From Spirochaetia bacterium (lineage in GTDB: Bacteria > Spirochaetota > Spirochaetia > DSM-2461), in the NCBI GenBank assembly GCA_963668315.1, contig OY764216.1, positions 4,512,001-4,576,000 of the forward strand: a stretch of DNA of 64,000 bases, given 5' to 3'. Shown piece after piece: positions 37,832 through 48,966 of this stretch. Under the pieces are notes generated by a model. The model did no database searches. It saw only the letters and a list, made by a program, of their open reading frames with translations, and was not told the DNA's origin. Made by a program: the position numbers and the translations under genes. Position 1 is the stretch's first letter; each line of letters starts with the position of its first letter.

Positions 37832-39094
37832 ATGAACATGACAGAAATGTGCGATAATATATTAAAAAGCAAAAGATTTGGAATCATTCTTTTTCTGATA
37901 ATTTTCATAATAAATACAGCCATTTTTACAGCTTCTAATGATTACTCAAATGTTCGTATGCTTTCTAACTATCGAAGCTTTATTTATACCATTATTGATA
38001 AGACAGCAGAAGTTCTTAACGAAAAATACTTCATGAATGATCTACTATATAAACGCACCCTTAATAGTGAAGATCTGAATCTTGAAGGTATTCTTGAAGA
38101 AATGCAAAACCTCTCACCGCTATTTCTCAATATTGCACTAATAAAAGAACCAATTGTGAACTCATTAAATGATTACTCTATCCGGACAGAAAACACAAAG
38201 TTATTCTTCATATTTAAAATTTCAAATCAGAATGGAAGTTTATACATTAAAGATAAAGTAATTCAGGTGGAATATGACCTTAGGGATACACTCAAAAACT
38301 TACAAATTCTAGAGGACTTCTCATTAACGACCTCCCCCAATTCATACCTCTTAGTCTATGGAATCAGAGTCAAACCAAAGGGCATACCAATTACGCCACA
38401 TCAACTTGTATTTTGCTTATTGTTTAGTTCTCTCATTTTTATTATTCATAGAAGAATAAGCCATAGATTTCGCTCTTATCTCTATACTTCTGATGGCCTT
38501 GAAACCATGATCTTCCTTTTTGAAAAGACGGAAGAGTTTTCAGCTAATCATTCACGTAATGTTGCTGAAATATCGCATTTCCTTGGAAAGAAGTATGGTA
38601 TTAAGAGAAAAAGGCTTAAAGATCTCAAGGTTGCAGCATTCCTTCATGATATAGGAAAAATATCAGTTCCAGTAAACATATTAAATAAGAGCGGAGCACT
38701 TTCTAAAGATGAGTTTGGTGTAATAAAAAAACATGTAAATTATTCTGCAGAGATTATAGAGCATTTTGACAGCCTTAAACACCTTCGAGATATTATTCTA
38801 TATCATCATGAAAAGACTGATGGGACAGGATATCCAGAAGGACTACTAGATCATCAAATCCCTATGGAGAGTAAGATAATAGCTGTAGCGGATATATTTG
38901 AAGCCCTAGTAGGTGAAAGGCCATATAGGTCACCGCTTGATAAACATGAGGCTTTAAATATAATGAAAGAAATGCCAATAGATCAAAAAATCTTATCTAT
39001 CCTTATTTTCAATATTGATGAGGTTTGTACTCTTATAAAATACAAAAAAAAGAGATCGAAATATGAGCAAAAACATATTTTCAGAATCAAATAA
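37832..39094 (+). CDS. Membrane-anchored HD-GYP phosphodiesterase
   Basis: Two TM segments; HSRNV, LHDIGK, HHEK..GTGYP, VADIFEAL..RPYR. Confidence 0.9.
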   Translation: MNMTEMCDNILKSKRFGIILFLIIFIINTAIFTASNDYSNVRMLSNYRSFIYTIIDKTAEVLNEKYFMNDLLYKRTLNSEDLNLEGILEEMQNLSPLFLNIALIKEPIVNSLNDYSIRTENTKLFFIFKISNQNGSLYIKDKVIQVEYDLRDTLKNLQILEDFSLTTSPNSYLLVYGIRVKPKGIPITPHQLVFCLLFSSLIFIIHRRISHRFRSYLYTSDGLETMIFLFEKTEEFSANHSRNVAEISHFLGKKYGIKRKRLKDLKVAAFLHDIGKISVPVNILNKSGALSKDEFGVIKKHVNYSAEIIEHFDSLKHLRDIILYHHEKTDGTGYPEGLLDHQIPMESKIIAVADIFEALVGERPYRSPLDKHEALNIMKEMPIDQKILSILIFNIDEVCTLIKYKKKRSKYEQKHIFRIK

Positions 39095-39500
39095 TGTAAA
39101 TAAACTTCCATAGATTTCTATGTTTGAGTTTCTCACTATTGGATTATTCCAATCATTAAGGATTTTAAATTAAGTATGGCTGTGACGAAAACATGAGGAG
39201 TTATCTTAATGCGAAAATTTCTTCTACTTATTGTAGAACTCATCCAATATTCATGAGAACGTTCTTCGGGGTAGGCACCCGAAGGATTGGGAAAAGACAT
39301 AACTCCATCTTTCAACAATAGTTTCCCTTATCTTATTATATTATCGAATATTACCAGATATTACTCTTTCAACGTGACGAATATTGGACTATATCAATTG
39401 ATTCTTGTAACCAAAAAAATGTCACCAAATCGTCAAAAGTAACAAAAAAGACCTAAAAAACTGATACTTTAGATTTCTAATAATATAATAGGTTCTCTGA

Positions 39501-39528
39501 GGAACTTATAATATGAATTATGTAGTAT
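39501..39528 (+). other. dif-like (Xer-type) 11-6-11 site
   Basis: GGAACTTATAA-TATGAA-TTATGTAGTAT shares the ATAA-N6-TTATGT core of dif sites. Confidence 0.5.
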
Positions 39529-39711
39529 CCTTATTCTCGGTATAAGCTTCCTAGCTAATATCTTTCTCTTTTGTAATTATATGGTAATACCGATGCAATC
39601 TTGTCAGTTTAAACTATCATCATAAGCAACGGGGATTGAGCAACCCGGATATGAGAGCAACAAAGTTGAACGTAATGCTTTTTTCATAAAACTCTCTCCA
39701 AATAGTTTTAG

Positions 39712-39739
39712 AAGACCGGTTGATAATCGGTCTTTTTTT
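39712..39739. terminator. Terminator-like hairpin at end of AKR operon
   Basis: AAGACCGGTT-GAT-AATCGGTCTT followed by T-run. Confidence 0.6.
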
Positions 39740-40730
39740 ATTCTGGAAAATTCTGAGCTATAACCCCAACCAGTTTATGGGGTTGATAAAGTTCCTCTAA
39801 ATACAGGATCTCTTCTCTGGTCAGTTTCAAATCAGCTGCCCGAACCGCTCCCTCAATATGATAAAGTTTAGTTGCTCCCACCACAGGAGAAGTTACCTTG
39901 GACAACAACCAAGAAAGAGAAATTTCCGTCATGGATACTCCTCTTTTCTCAGCCAATTCCGCCACCCGTTCAATGACGACTAGATCTTGGACGACTGTAC
40001 GGTCATATTTAGATTTGGCATAGGCATCCTGCTCTAATCTTTGAGAAGTCTCTCCGGGATGCTTTGCCAGCCTGCCTCCGGCCAGAGCGCTGTAGGGTGT
40101 CAGGGCGATGTTATCTTCCCGGCATAAGGGAACCATCTCCCTCTCCTCCTCACGAAAGAGAAGATTGTAATGTCCCTGAATGGAAATGAACTTTGAAAAA
40201 CTTTCCTTCTCCGCCAGAGCATTGGCCTTGGCCAGTTGCCAGGCAAAACAGTTGGAAATCCCGATATAGCGCGCCTTTCCTGCTTTAACGATACGGTTCA
40301 GCCCATCCATTATTTCATAGAGAGGCGTCTGGTAGTCCCACATGTGATAGATATAGAGGTCTACATAATCCATTCCCAGATGGGACAGACTCTGATCTAT
40401 CATATTTTCGATATGTTGCTGGCCGCTGATTCCAGAAGCTATCTCCTCTTGAGTTCTCGGGAGGAATTTGGTCGCTATAACAATTTCGTCCCTTTCTGCG
40501 AAGTCCCTTATAGCCCGTCCCAGGAACTGTTCGCTGGTTCCGCCTTGATAGGCGATGGCCGTATCGTAAAAATTGACTCCCAGCTCCAGGCCTTTCTTAA
40601 TAATTTCACGGGAAGGTTCTTCATCGAGAGTCCAGCTGTGCATTCCGCTTGCAGCTTTACCGAACCCCATGCATCCCATACAGATCCTTGAGACATTCAA
40701 ATCAGAACTTCCTAATTTTATCAGTTCCAT
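39738..40730 (-). CDS. Aldo/keto reductase
   Basis: FYDTAIAY, IATKF, DYVDLYIYH, YIGISN, PYSALAGG. Confidence 0.93.
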   Translation of the reverse strand: MELIKLGSSDLNVSRICMGCMGFGKAASGMHSWTLDEEPSREIIKKGLELGVNFYDTAIAYQGGTSEQFLGRAIRDFAERDEIVIATKFLPRTQEEIASGISGQQHIENMIDQSLSHLGMDYVDLYIYHMWDYQTPLYEIMDGLNRIVKAGKARYIGISNCFAWQLAKANALAEKESFSKFISIQGHYNLLFREEEREMVPLCREDNIALTPYSALAGGRLAKHPGETSQRLEQDAYAKSKYDRTVVQDLVVIERVAELAEKRGVSMTEISLSWLLSKVTSPVVGATKLYHIEGAVRAADLKLTREEILYLEELYQPHKLVGVIAQNFPE

Positions 40731-40747
40731 ATACCAGACTTCCTTCT

Positions 40748-42106
40748 TTATTCTCGCTCTACAGACTTATCTTTTCCAAACATGTAGTCATTCTTTCTAT
40801 AGGCCAGGGCTAACTGGGTTGTCATAACAATCCATATGACCGGCTCGCATATAATGACACCGAAATATCCCATTCGGGGAATAAGCAGGATTACAAATAC
40901 CGTCTTAAGAACCAGTTCGATCACACTGGATATTAGGGGAAGGATTTTCTCACCCAAACCCTGAAGGGTATGTCTCAGGACAAACAGAACACCCGCTATC
41001 AGATAGAAGGGAGCGTTCCATAGAAGATACCGTCTTCCTGTGCTAATAACTATCTCATTTTCCGATCCTGTCACCATCCGGATAAGCAGCGAAGCGGTAA
41101 GCATAACGACAGCTGTAAGAATAAGTCCTACAAAGCTGACCATTTTCCGGCCAAAACGGACGCCTTCCAGAATCCTCTCTCTATTATCGGCTCCCCTGTT
41201 CTGCGAAACAAAGGTACTGACTGCGACAGTGAGTGTCCCCATGGGCATCAGGAAAAGACCGGTTAACCGTCTCGCCGCCGTATGTCCGGCGATAGTCAGA
41301 TACCCCATACCGTTGATAGCATATTGCAGTACGATGGATGCCATGAAGACAATGGATGACATGAGAGCCATGGAGAGCCCCTGGCCAAAAAGATCATGAT
41401 AGAGGGGGCGGTCAAGACGGAAGTGTTTCCTTTCGGGAATAAGAATCCCCAGACGGCGGATTAGGAATGCGATAGACAGTATCACTGAAGTACTCTGGGC
41501 CAGTACTGTAGCGATAGCGACTCCTTTCATTCCCATCCCCAGAACGACGACGAAGAATAGATCCAGTAGTATGTTTAATAGAGAGGCTATGACAAGAAAA
41601 ACCAAAGGCATGAGACTATTACCCGAAGCCCGGTACAGTCCGGCCAGCAGGTTATACATGAAGGTAACGCCGATGCACATGGAAATGATAATAATGTAGT
41701 CATAGGCTTCCTGAATAATCTCAGCTGGCGTACGAAGCAGTTCCAATAGATCGTAGATAAAGAACCAGGACAGGAGCATAAGAACGGCGATGACAAGGCC
41801 GCCGATGACCAGACTCCCCGCCACAGAACGTTTTAGCAGATCCCTGTCCATAGAACCGTAGCATCTCGCTGTAACAACAGACAACCCGTTTCCGAATCCC
41901 TGGGAAACACCGATGATCACCTGGTAAATAGCCATACTCGCTCCTATGGCAGCCAGGGATTTGTCCCCGAGAAAGTGGCCGATAATGACCGTATCCACGG
42001 TGTTGTACAGCTGTTGAAAGATTCCCGAGATTAGAATAGGCAGGGCAAAGGAAACCAGGGCCTTGGGGATATTGTCTGTTAACAGATTTACGTTCAGCGT
42101 TTTCAT
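40748..42106 (-). CDS. MATE family efflux transporter
   Basis: QQLYNTVDT..IG, LNILLDLFF...GVAIATV, multiple TM segments. Confidence 0.93.
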   Translation of the reverse strand: MKTLNVNLLTDNIPKALVSFALPILISGIFQQLYNTVDTVIIGHFLGDKSLAAIGASMAIYQVIIGVSQGFGNGLSVVTARCYGSMDRDLLKRSVAGSLVIGGLVIAVLMLLSWFFIYDLLELLRTPAEIIQEAYDYIIIISMCIGVTFMYNLLAGLYRASGNSLMPLVFLVIASLLNILLDLFFVVVLGMGMKGVAIATVLAQSTSVILSIAFLIRRLGILIPERKHFRLDRPLYHDLFGQGLSMALMSSIVFMASIVLQYAINGMGYLTIAGHTAARRLTGLFLMPMGTLTVAVSTFVSQNRGADNRERILEGVRFGRKMVSFVGLILTAVVMLTASLLIRMVTGSENEIVISTGRRYLLWNAPFYLIAGVLFVLRHTLQGLGEKILPLISSVIELVLKTVFVILLIPRMGYFGVIICEPVIWIVMTTQLALAYRKNDYMFGKDKSVERE

Positions 42107-42108
42107 TA

Positions 42109-42741
42109 TCAGCGAATAAAGTTTGTGAAAGTGATCTCTTCCTTTTCAGGATATTCGACTCCCGCTTTTAATCCGGCGTCTTTGCACTTCAGAAAAAAGG
42201 CCATATTACGCCCCAGGATTCTCATCGTCTGCAAACCTTCTAGATCCTGAAGTACATCCTCCGGCTTCGCCCCATGCACCATATTCCAGTACCGGGATGA
42301 GATAACAGGCATTTGAGAGATAGTGAAATACTTGTTCATCTGATCAAAGGTCGCGGTCGTTCCGGCTCTCCTGGAAGAGATAACAGCCGCAGCCGGTTTG
42401 AGAGAAAAATAATCTTTCCCCGATCGGGAAATGGTATAGAAGGCTCTATCCATAAATGACGTTATCGCTCCGCTTGCTGCGGCATAATGCACAGGTGTCC
42501 CGAATACGTACCCGTCAAAGTCACCGGCTATCTCTACAAATTCATTTACCCGGTCATCGAAAACACAACGCCCCAGATCAGAACATTTCCTGCATCCCGT
42601 ACAGCCGATGATAGGTTTCGTTCCTATATGGAAGATTTCCGTTTCAATCCCTTCCTTGTTCAGGGTTCCTGCTACTTCGTTCAAAGCAGTATAAGTGCAT
42701 CCCTTTGCATGAGGACTTCCATTAACCAATAATACTTTCAT
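42109..42741 (-). CDS. Flavodoxin-fold iron-sulfur flavoprotein / NADPH-dependent FMN reductase
   Basis: NGSPH, CTGCRKC...C, GTPVHY. Confidence 0.9.
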   Translation of the reverse strand: MKVLLVNGSPHAKGCTYTALNEVAGTLNKEGIETEIFHIGTKPIIGCTGCRKCSDLGRCVFDDRVNEFVEIAGDFDGYVFGTPVHYAAASGAITSFMDRAFYTISRSGKDYFSLKPAAAVISSRRAGTTATFDQMNKYFTISQMPVISSRYWNMVHGAKPEDVLQDLEGLQTMRILGRNMAFFLKCKDAGLKAGVEYPEKEEITFTNFIR

Positions 42742-43207
42742 AACTCCTCCCTATCCAATCTCGGATATCGGACTCAAGATTTCTCCCGCCGTCACCATAC
42801 AAAACAAGTCCCTCTGCCATTTCCGAATGGGGGCAGAACGTCCTGATATCACGGAGTAGACGCCCTTCACCCCCGCCTCCGTGTGTACAGAAGGGAAATA
42901 TTTTCTTTCCAGCCAGATCAACACGGGAAAGGAACGTATGCAAAGGAGGAGCCATTGTCCCCCACCAGATAGGAGTCCCGAAAAAAATGTTCTCATAACC
43001 ATCCAGTTGATCGGGGTAACTCTTGATCTCCGGCAAAAAACCTGACTGAATCTCCTTCTTTGCCTGATCTGTACAGGCACTATACTTTTGAGGATAAGCG
43101 TTGACAGGCTGGATTTCCAGTAATTCTCCGCCTGCCATTCCCTGAATGGTTTCGGCTATCCTCTCCGTATTACCCGACCAGGTATAAAACACAATTAGAT
43201 TGCTCAT
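42722..43207 (-). CDS. Flavodoxin
   Basis: FYTWSGNT, GTPIWWG, PFCTHGGGG; ATG at 43207 with GAGGAG RBS. Confidence 0.9.
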   Translation of the reverse strand: MSNLIVFYTWSGNTERIAETIQGMAGGELLEIQPVNAYPQKYSACTDQAKKEIQSGFLPEIKSYPDQLDGYENIFFGTPIWWGTMAPPLHTFLSRVDLAGKKIFPFCTHGGGGEGRLLRDIRTFCPHSEMAEGLVLYGDGGRNLESDIRDWIGRSYESIIG

Positions 43208-43227
43208 GATAGCTCTCCTCAAAATAC

Positions 43228-44349
43228 CTAACTTAACAGTGTCTCGGTAATCTTCTGCAGTTCGTCACGGATGGCAATATGCTGGGGGCAGGCCTTCTCG
43301 CAGAGACCGCATTTAATACATTCAGCTGCGCTTTTCTTGCCGTGCCCTCCGACGAGCCAGCCTTCCTGCCCCTTCGCAGCTACCTTATTCCCATACAGAG
43401 TCAGACTGTTCATGGCGGTAAACGAGCCGGAGATCCCGATATTCTCCGGGCAGACTTTCGCGCAGTAATCACAGGTCGTACAGGGAATCAGGGGAATACG
43501 GTTCAGAGCTTCACAGGCCTTATCGATTGTCTTTTGCTCATCCCTATTGAGAGTGGAGAACTCTTTCATATAGGATAGGTTGTCTTCCATCTGCTCCCTG
43601 TTGCTCATGCCGGATAAAACGGTTATGACACCCTCAAGGCTTGCCGCGAACCGGATCGCCCACGAGGCATAGGAAGCATTGGGATCTGCTTTTCTAAAGA
43701 CCTCCGTAACAGATTCGGGAGGATTGGCCAGCATCCCGCCCTTCACCGGCTCCATGATGATGACAGGCATATTATATTTCCTGGCCACCTCATAACAGGC
43801 TCTGGATTGGATCGCCGGATTCTCCCAGTCCCCGTAATTGATCTGCAATTGCACGAATTCCATCTCGGGATGGTTAATCAGGATCTCTTCCAGTTCCTCC
43901 GGTGTGGAATGAAAAGAGAAGCCTACATGCTTAATCAATCCTTCTTTTTTCTTCTCCTGAACGAAAGACCACATATCGAAATTATCAAAGAACTTTGTCC
44001 GCGATTCTCCCAGATTATGAAGCAGGTAGTAATCAAAATACCCGGCGCCTGTCTGCTGAAGAGAAGTCTCAAACTGATCAATGGCTTCCTCTCTCGTCTT
44101 ACAATTGATCCAGGCTGCATTCTTTGTCGCCAGCTGGAACTTTTCCCGGGGATACCGTTCCACCAGAGCCTGCCTGATGGCATCCTCGCTTCCGGGATAG
44201 GCCCAGGCCGTATCAAAATAGGTAAAACCTGCATCAAGAAAACGGTCTACCATCTCTTCCACATGAGGGATGTCTATCACTTCATTCTCTTTGGGGAGAC
44301 GCATTAACCCGAATCCCAGTTTCTTGATTTCTTCTCCTAAAAATGCCAT
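43228..44349 (-). CDS. Aldo/keto reductase with C-terminal 4Fe-4S dicluster
   Basis: LGFGLMRLP, YFDTAWAY, CTTCDYC...CP and CIKCGLCEKACP. Confidence 0.93.
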   Translation of the reverse strand: MAFLGEEIKKLGFGLMRLPKENEVIDIPHVEEMVDRFLDAGFTYFDTAWAYPGSEDAIRQALVERYPREKFQLATKNAAWINCKTREEAIDQFETSLQQTGAGYFDYYLLHNLGESRTKFFDNFDMWSFVQEKKKEGLIKHVGFSFHSTPEELEEILINHPEMEFVQLQINYGDWENPAIQSRACYEVARKYNMPVIIMEPVKGGMLANPPESVTEVFRKADPNASYASWAIRFAASLEGVITVLSGMSNREQMEDNLSYMKEFSTLNRDEQKTIDKACEALNRIPLIPCTTCDYCAKVCPENIGISGSFTAMNSLTLYGNKVAAKGQEGWLVGGHGKKSAAECIKCGLCEKACPQHIAIRDELQKITETLLS

Positions 44350-44358
44350 TATCGCTCC

Positions 44359-45396
<1,038 letters not shown>

Positions 45397-45593
45397 TCAA
45401 CATCTGATTTATCATTATCTGTAAGCTTACCATAATTTACCTTCCTCATTTGGTATGACTTAATGATAGCTGAGCATTTACCAGAAGAAAATGTACGATC
45501 CGATTTATAAATTGCCTATTTGTCCAAACCGATATTAGAATTACTTATTTTTTTCATAAAATAGTGCATAATATAAGTAGGAAGGATAATTAT

Positions 45594-46475
45594 ATGAATC
45601 AGAAGATAGAATTAATGAAATCCCTGTTACTGGAGTATCTCCCCTGTGATCAGCACAAAGACATAGATATAGAAGGCGTTGCGCTGGTAAGAAGGGATAC
45701 CTCGTTTGAAGCCAGGCCGGCTATCTATAAACCGGAAATTATTTTCGTCGCCCAGGGACAGAAACATACTTTACTGGGAGATAAGGTTTACACCTATGAT
45801 TCGGAAAATTACTTTGTCCTTACCGTTCCGATGCCGGTCATTTGCGAAGCGGTGATTGAAGAAGGGAGGCCCCTGCTGGGGATGGTATTGCGAATTGATC
45901 CCCAGGTCATCGGAGAGATCCTTTTTGAAATGGAAATCGCTCCCCCGCCGAAAAACCAGGTAAACCATGGTATCTATCAGGCTAAAATGTCCGATAATAT
46001 TCTGGATTCCCTCATAAGACTGCTGGAAGCCCTCAGATCAAAGAACGAAACAAAAATCCTCGGTCCCAATTACGTAAAGGAGATTCTGTTCAAAGTCCTC
46101 ACGGGAGAGCATGGAGAGATTCTCAGAGACCTGGCCTATAACAACAGGAACCTGTATCAGATTTCACGCGTAATCAGCAAAATTCATGAGGAGTATTCCC
46201 AGCCCATAGAGATACAGACCCTGGCTCAGGAAGCAGGGATGAGCACATCTTCTTTCCATACCAATTTCCGAGCTATTACCAGTTCGTCCCCTCTCCAATA
46301 CATCAAAAATATCAGACTACATAAGGCGAAGGAAATAATTCAACAGGAGGGGGAGAAGGCCTACGCAGCGGCGATGCGGGTAGGCTATGAAAGCTCCTCC
46401 CAATTCAACAGAGAGTATAAGAGGCTCTTTGGTGTGACACCGGCAAAGGATACAGTAGAGAGCCAGAATGTTTAG
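45594..46475 (+). CDS. AraC-family regulator (AraC_N type), divergent from AKR operon
   Basis: VAQGQK, SPLQYIKNIRLHKA, VGYESSSQFNREYKRLFG; start uncertain (45564 or 45594). Confidence 0.9.
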   Translation: MNQKIELMKSLLLEYLPCDQHKDIDIEGVALVRRDTSFEARPAIYKPEIIFVAQGQKHTLLGDKVYTYDSENYFVLTVPMPVICEAVIEEGRPLLGMVLRIDPQVIGEILFEMEIAPPPKNQVNHGIYQAKMSDNILDSLIRLLEALRSKNETKILGPNYVKEILFKVLTGEHGEILRDLAYNNRNLYQISRVISKIHEEYSQPIEIQTLAQEAGMSTSSFHTNFRAITSSSPLQYIKNIRLHKAKEIIQQEGEKAYAAAMRVGYESSSQFNREYKRLFGVTPAKDTVESQNV

Positions 46476-47341
46476 CGTATAAGAGCGCTTCCACGCTCAA
46501 TAAGGCAGCGGGTCAAATCCTTCATATCCTCTGTTTCCATATTCCAGTGATGCCAGAAAAGGTCTACATCAATACGAAAATCTGCGATTTCTCTTAAACT
46601 TCCTCCCAAATATAAAGCACATTGCATTAGTGGTATCGCCCCATATGCTTTACCCCGGAGAATCATATTCAGGAACTGCTCCGGAGAGGGTATGTAATGA
46701 ACCGGAAAAGAAAATTCCCCATCGGGAAAAATCCTTTTGAGGAACCGTTCGTGAAGCTGGTCATCCCTGTTGAAGATGACGGCAGGAGCGTATTTCACTG
46801 TTTCTTTGTCTAATCCCCGGGGGAACCAATTATCCTGAAAAGAAGGAGTGCAGATAAGACAATACTCCATCATACCCAATCTTTTTACTCCGCAGCCCTG
46901 GAGAGGGCGACTATCAGATCCAATACAACCGGAAACTTCACCTTTTCTGAGCATTTCTCTGGTCTTGTCCTGATCATCGACCTTCAGATCCAGGAAGCGC
47001 CCTTTCTTCTCCAGATACGGCTCAATCCCATCAAGAAACCAGGTAGCCAGACTGTCCGCATTAATCCCCACTTTCATTGTCCGGACAATTTCTCCTCCGT
47101 CCATTTCTGCCTCAAGCATCCTCACCTTTCGGAGATGCTTAATCAATTCCCTACCTCTAGCCGTTGGCACGGGTGGCGTACTCCGGGAGAGGAGTATTTG
47201 CCCTTCCTGATCTTCCAGCGTCTTAATTCTCTGGGAGACCGCCGATTGGGTCAGAAACAAAGCCTCGCCCCCTCTTTCGAATCCGCCCTGATCGCAGACG
47301 GCAGCGAGGGCTTCCAGCAAACGGTAATCGTACATACACAT
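46472..47341 (-). CDS. argP: LysR-family regulator ArgP/LysG
   Basis: TQSAVSQRIK, INADSLATWF, LFWHHW; divergent from LysE exporter. Confidence 0.88.
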   Translation of the reverse strand: MCMYDYRLLEALAAVCDQGGFERGGEALFLTQSAVSQRIKTLEDQEGQILLSRSTPPVPTARGRELIKHLRKVRMLEAEMDGGEIVRTMKVGINADSLATWFLDGIEPYLEKKGRFLDLKVDDQDKTREMLRKGEVSGCIGSDSRPLQGCGVKRLGMMEYCLICTPSFQDNWFPRGLDKETVKYAPAVIFNRDDQLHERFLKRIFPDGEFSFPVHYIPSPEQFLNMILRGKAYGAIPLMQCALYLGGSLREIADFRIDVDLFWHHWNMETEDMKDLTRCLIERGSALIR

Positions 47342-47413
47342 ATATTAGCATTGCTAATGATATATGAATAGAATTAATTGTACTAATCCTACGATTATCA
47401 CTATAGTTGAGCC

Positions 47414-48028
47414 ATGAACGCTTATCTTACCGGTTTGGCCATCAGTGCCTCACTTATAATTGCCATCGGAGCCCAGAATGCCTTTGTTCTCACTCAAGGG
47501 ATGAGACGTCGCTATTACCTTGCCATACCTCTGGTATGCAGCCTAAGCGATGCCCTTCTTATCCTGACGGGAGTCCTGGGTGTGGGTGAAGTACTGTCAT
47601 CTCGCCCTCTTCTTACTATCATCGGGACAATGGGAGGAACTGTTTTTCTTTTTCTTTACGGGATAAATCGGTTCAGATCCTTTCAGAATCCGGTTCCGCC
47701 GCAGGAAAGGAATGACGGGCCCCAGTCTCTTCGTTCCGCCCTTCTCCTTACATTAGCCGTCACCTGGCTTAATCCCCATGTCTACCTGGATACGCTAATT
47801 CTATTGGGAGGTGTCAGCAGCCGTTATTCCGGCAGGGACAGACTGCTTTTCGGATCGGGAGCAGCGACATTGTCTTTTCTTTGGTTTTTCTCTCTGTCTC
47901 TGGGAGGAAGGCTTCTTTCTCCTCTGTTTGAAAATCCCCGTTTCGGAAAGGCCCTCGACCTAATAATGGCTCTTATTATGTGGAATCTTGCCGTCTCCCT
48001 CGGGAGTGAACTAATCGGAGGTTTCTAA
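47414..48028 (+). CDS. argO: LysE/ArgO amino-acid exporter
   Basis: LIIAIGAQNAFVL, TWLNPHVYLDT. Confidence 0.88.
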   Translation: MNAYLTGLAISASLIIAIGAQNAFVLTQGMRRRYYLAIPLVCSLSDALLILTGVLGVGEVLSSRPLLTIIGTMGGTVFLFLYGINRFRSFQNPVPPQERNDGPQSLRSALLLTLAVTWLNPHVYLDTLILLGGVSSRYSGRDRLLFGSGAATLSFLWFFSLSLGGRLLSPLFENPRFGKALDLIMALIMWNLAVSLGSELIGGF

Positions 48029-48190
48029 TGAGTTCTCGAGAGATAGTTATATAACTTCTCCCTTTTCAATCATAAAAACTTCAGATGTTGCATCGCATCC
48101 TTCTATTTTCTCCGATCCCATCTCATTTTCTCGCATAAAAAAGAACGCTGCCTTTCACCACTTATATAACATATCTTCTATCTGGACTTT

Positions 48191-48895
48191 TTATGATTTT
48201 TTCTTCTGCTCAGATTCTAATATCGCAGCAAAACCATTTCGTATCATTTCCATACTTAGATGATCATCCCCCCCTTGAACAGTCACTTTTATCGCGTTCA
48301 TACCCATTTTACGCAATTCCTCATCCGTATAAACACCGATCCAGTTATATGTTCTTTTCCTAATATGCTCATTATCAATACAATAAACACCAGTATCGGG
48401 AATTATCATATTCTGATTCATGAAATAGGCTTCCAACAAGTAAGGTTCAAAAAGCACTACCTGGTTGAATGGATCGTATTTCCTCATCATAGCCGCGGAT
48501 AGAGCTAAAGCTCCCCCATGCTGAAAACCACTTAGTATGATTTTATCTGCAGAGAGATTGTATCTTCTCATAACAATGTCGACAAGATAGTTAACAAAGG
48601 ACCCGGCAGAAAGTAGAGATGCTCCCATGGACTGCTTATTTTTCAAAAAACTCTCCTCAGTACATGCATCATCCATCGGAAAGACAAACCAGTATCTTTC
48701 CTTAAGACCTCCATAAGTGGGATGACCTGACATAAGTGCAGAATTAGATAAATTCCCATCTCCCGCCCAAATATAAGCCGTTGGGAAAAGAGCTTCAATC
48801 TCTTTCAGAAAAGGGGCTATTTGCTTTGAATTAGATCCGGCAGAATGAAAATAGAATAGAGCTCGGTCGATTTCTTTTGGTATGATTTCAAACAT
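48191..48895 (-). CDS. Alpha/beta-hydrolase-like protein with atypical nucleophile motif
   Basis: FHSAGSN oxyanion-like, RYWF, KIILSGFQHGGALAL in place of GFSQGG, C-terminal DH. Confidence 0.6.
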   Translation of the reverse strand: MFEIIPKEIDRALFYFHSAGSNSKQIAPFLKEIEALFPTAYIWAGDGNLSNSALMSGHPTYGGLKERYWFVFPMDDACTEESFLKNKQSMGASLLSAGSFVNYLVDIVMRRYNLSADKIILSGFQHGGALALSAAMMRKYDPFNQVVLFEPYLLEAYFMNQNMIIPDTGVYCIDNEHIRKRTYNWIGVYTDEELRKMGMNAIKVTVQGGDDHLSMEMIRNGFAAILESEQKKKS

Positions 48896-48941
48896 ATAAT
48901 CTCCATAGATAATGTATTTCCATCATGATAGAATATAAATC

Positions 48942-48960
48942 CCGACAACTAGCTGTCCGG
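48942..48960. promoter_or_regulatory. Candidate WYL-regulator operator
   Basis: GACA-ACTAGC-TGTC palindrome between WYL gene and downstream gene. Confidence 0.55.
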
Positions 48961-48966
48961 TATCGA

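Noticed and set aside
39136..39318. 60-aa ORF on minus strand
   Set aside because: No recognisable motif or clear RBS; may be a gene remnant but cannot be supported
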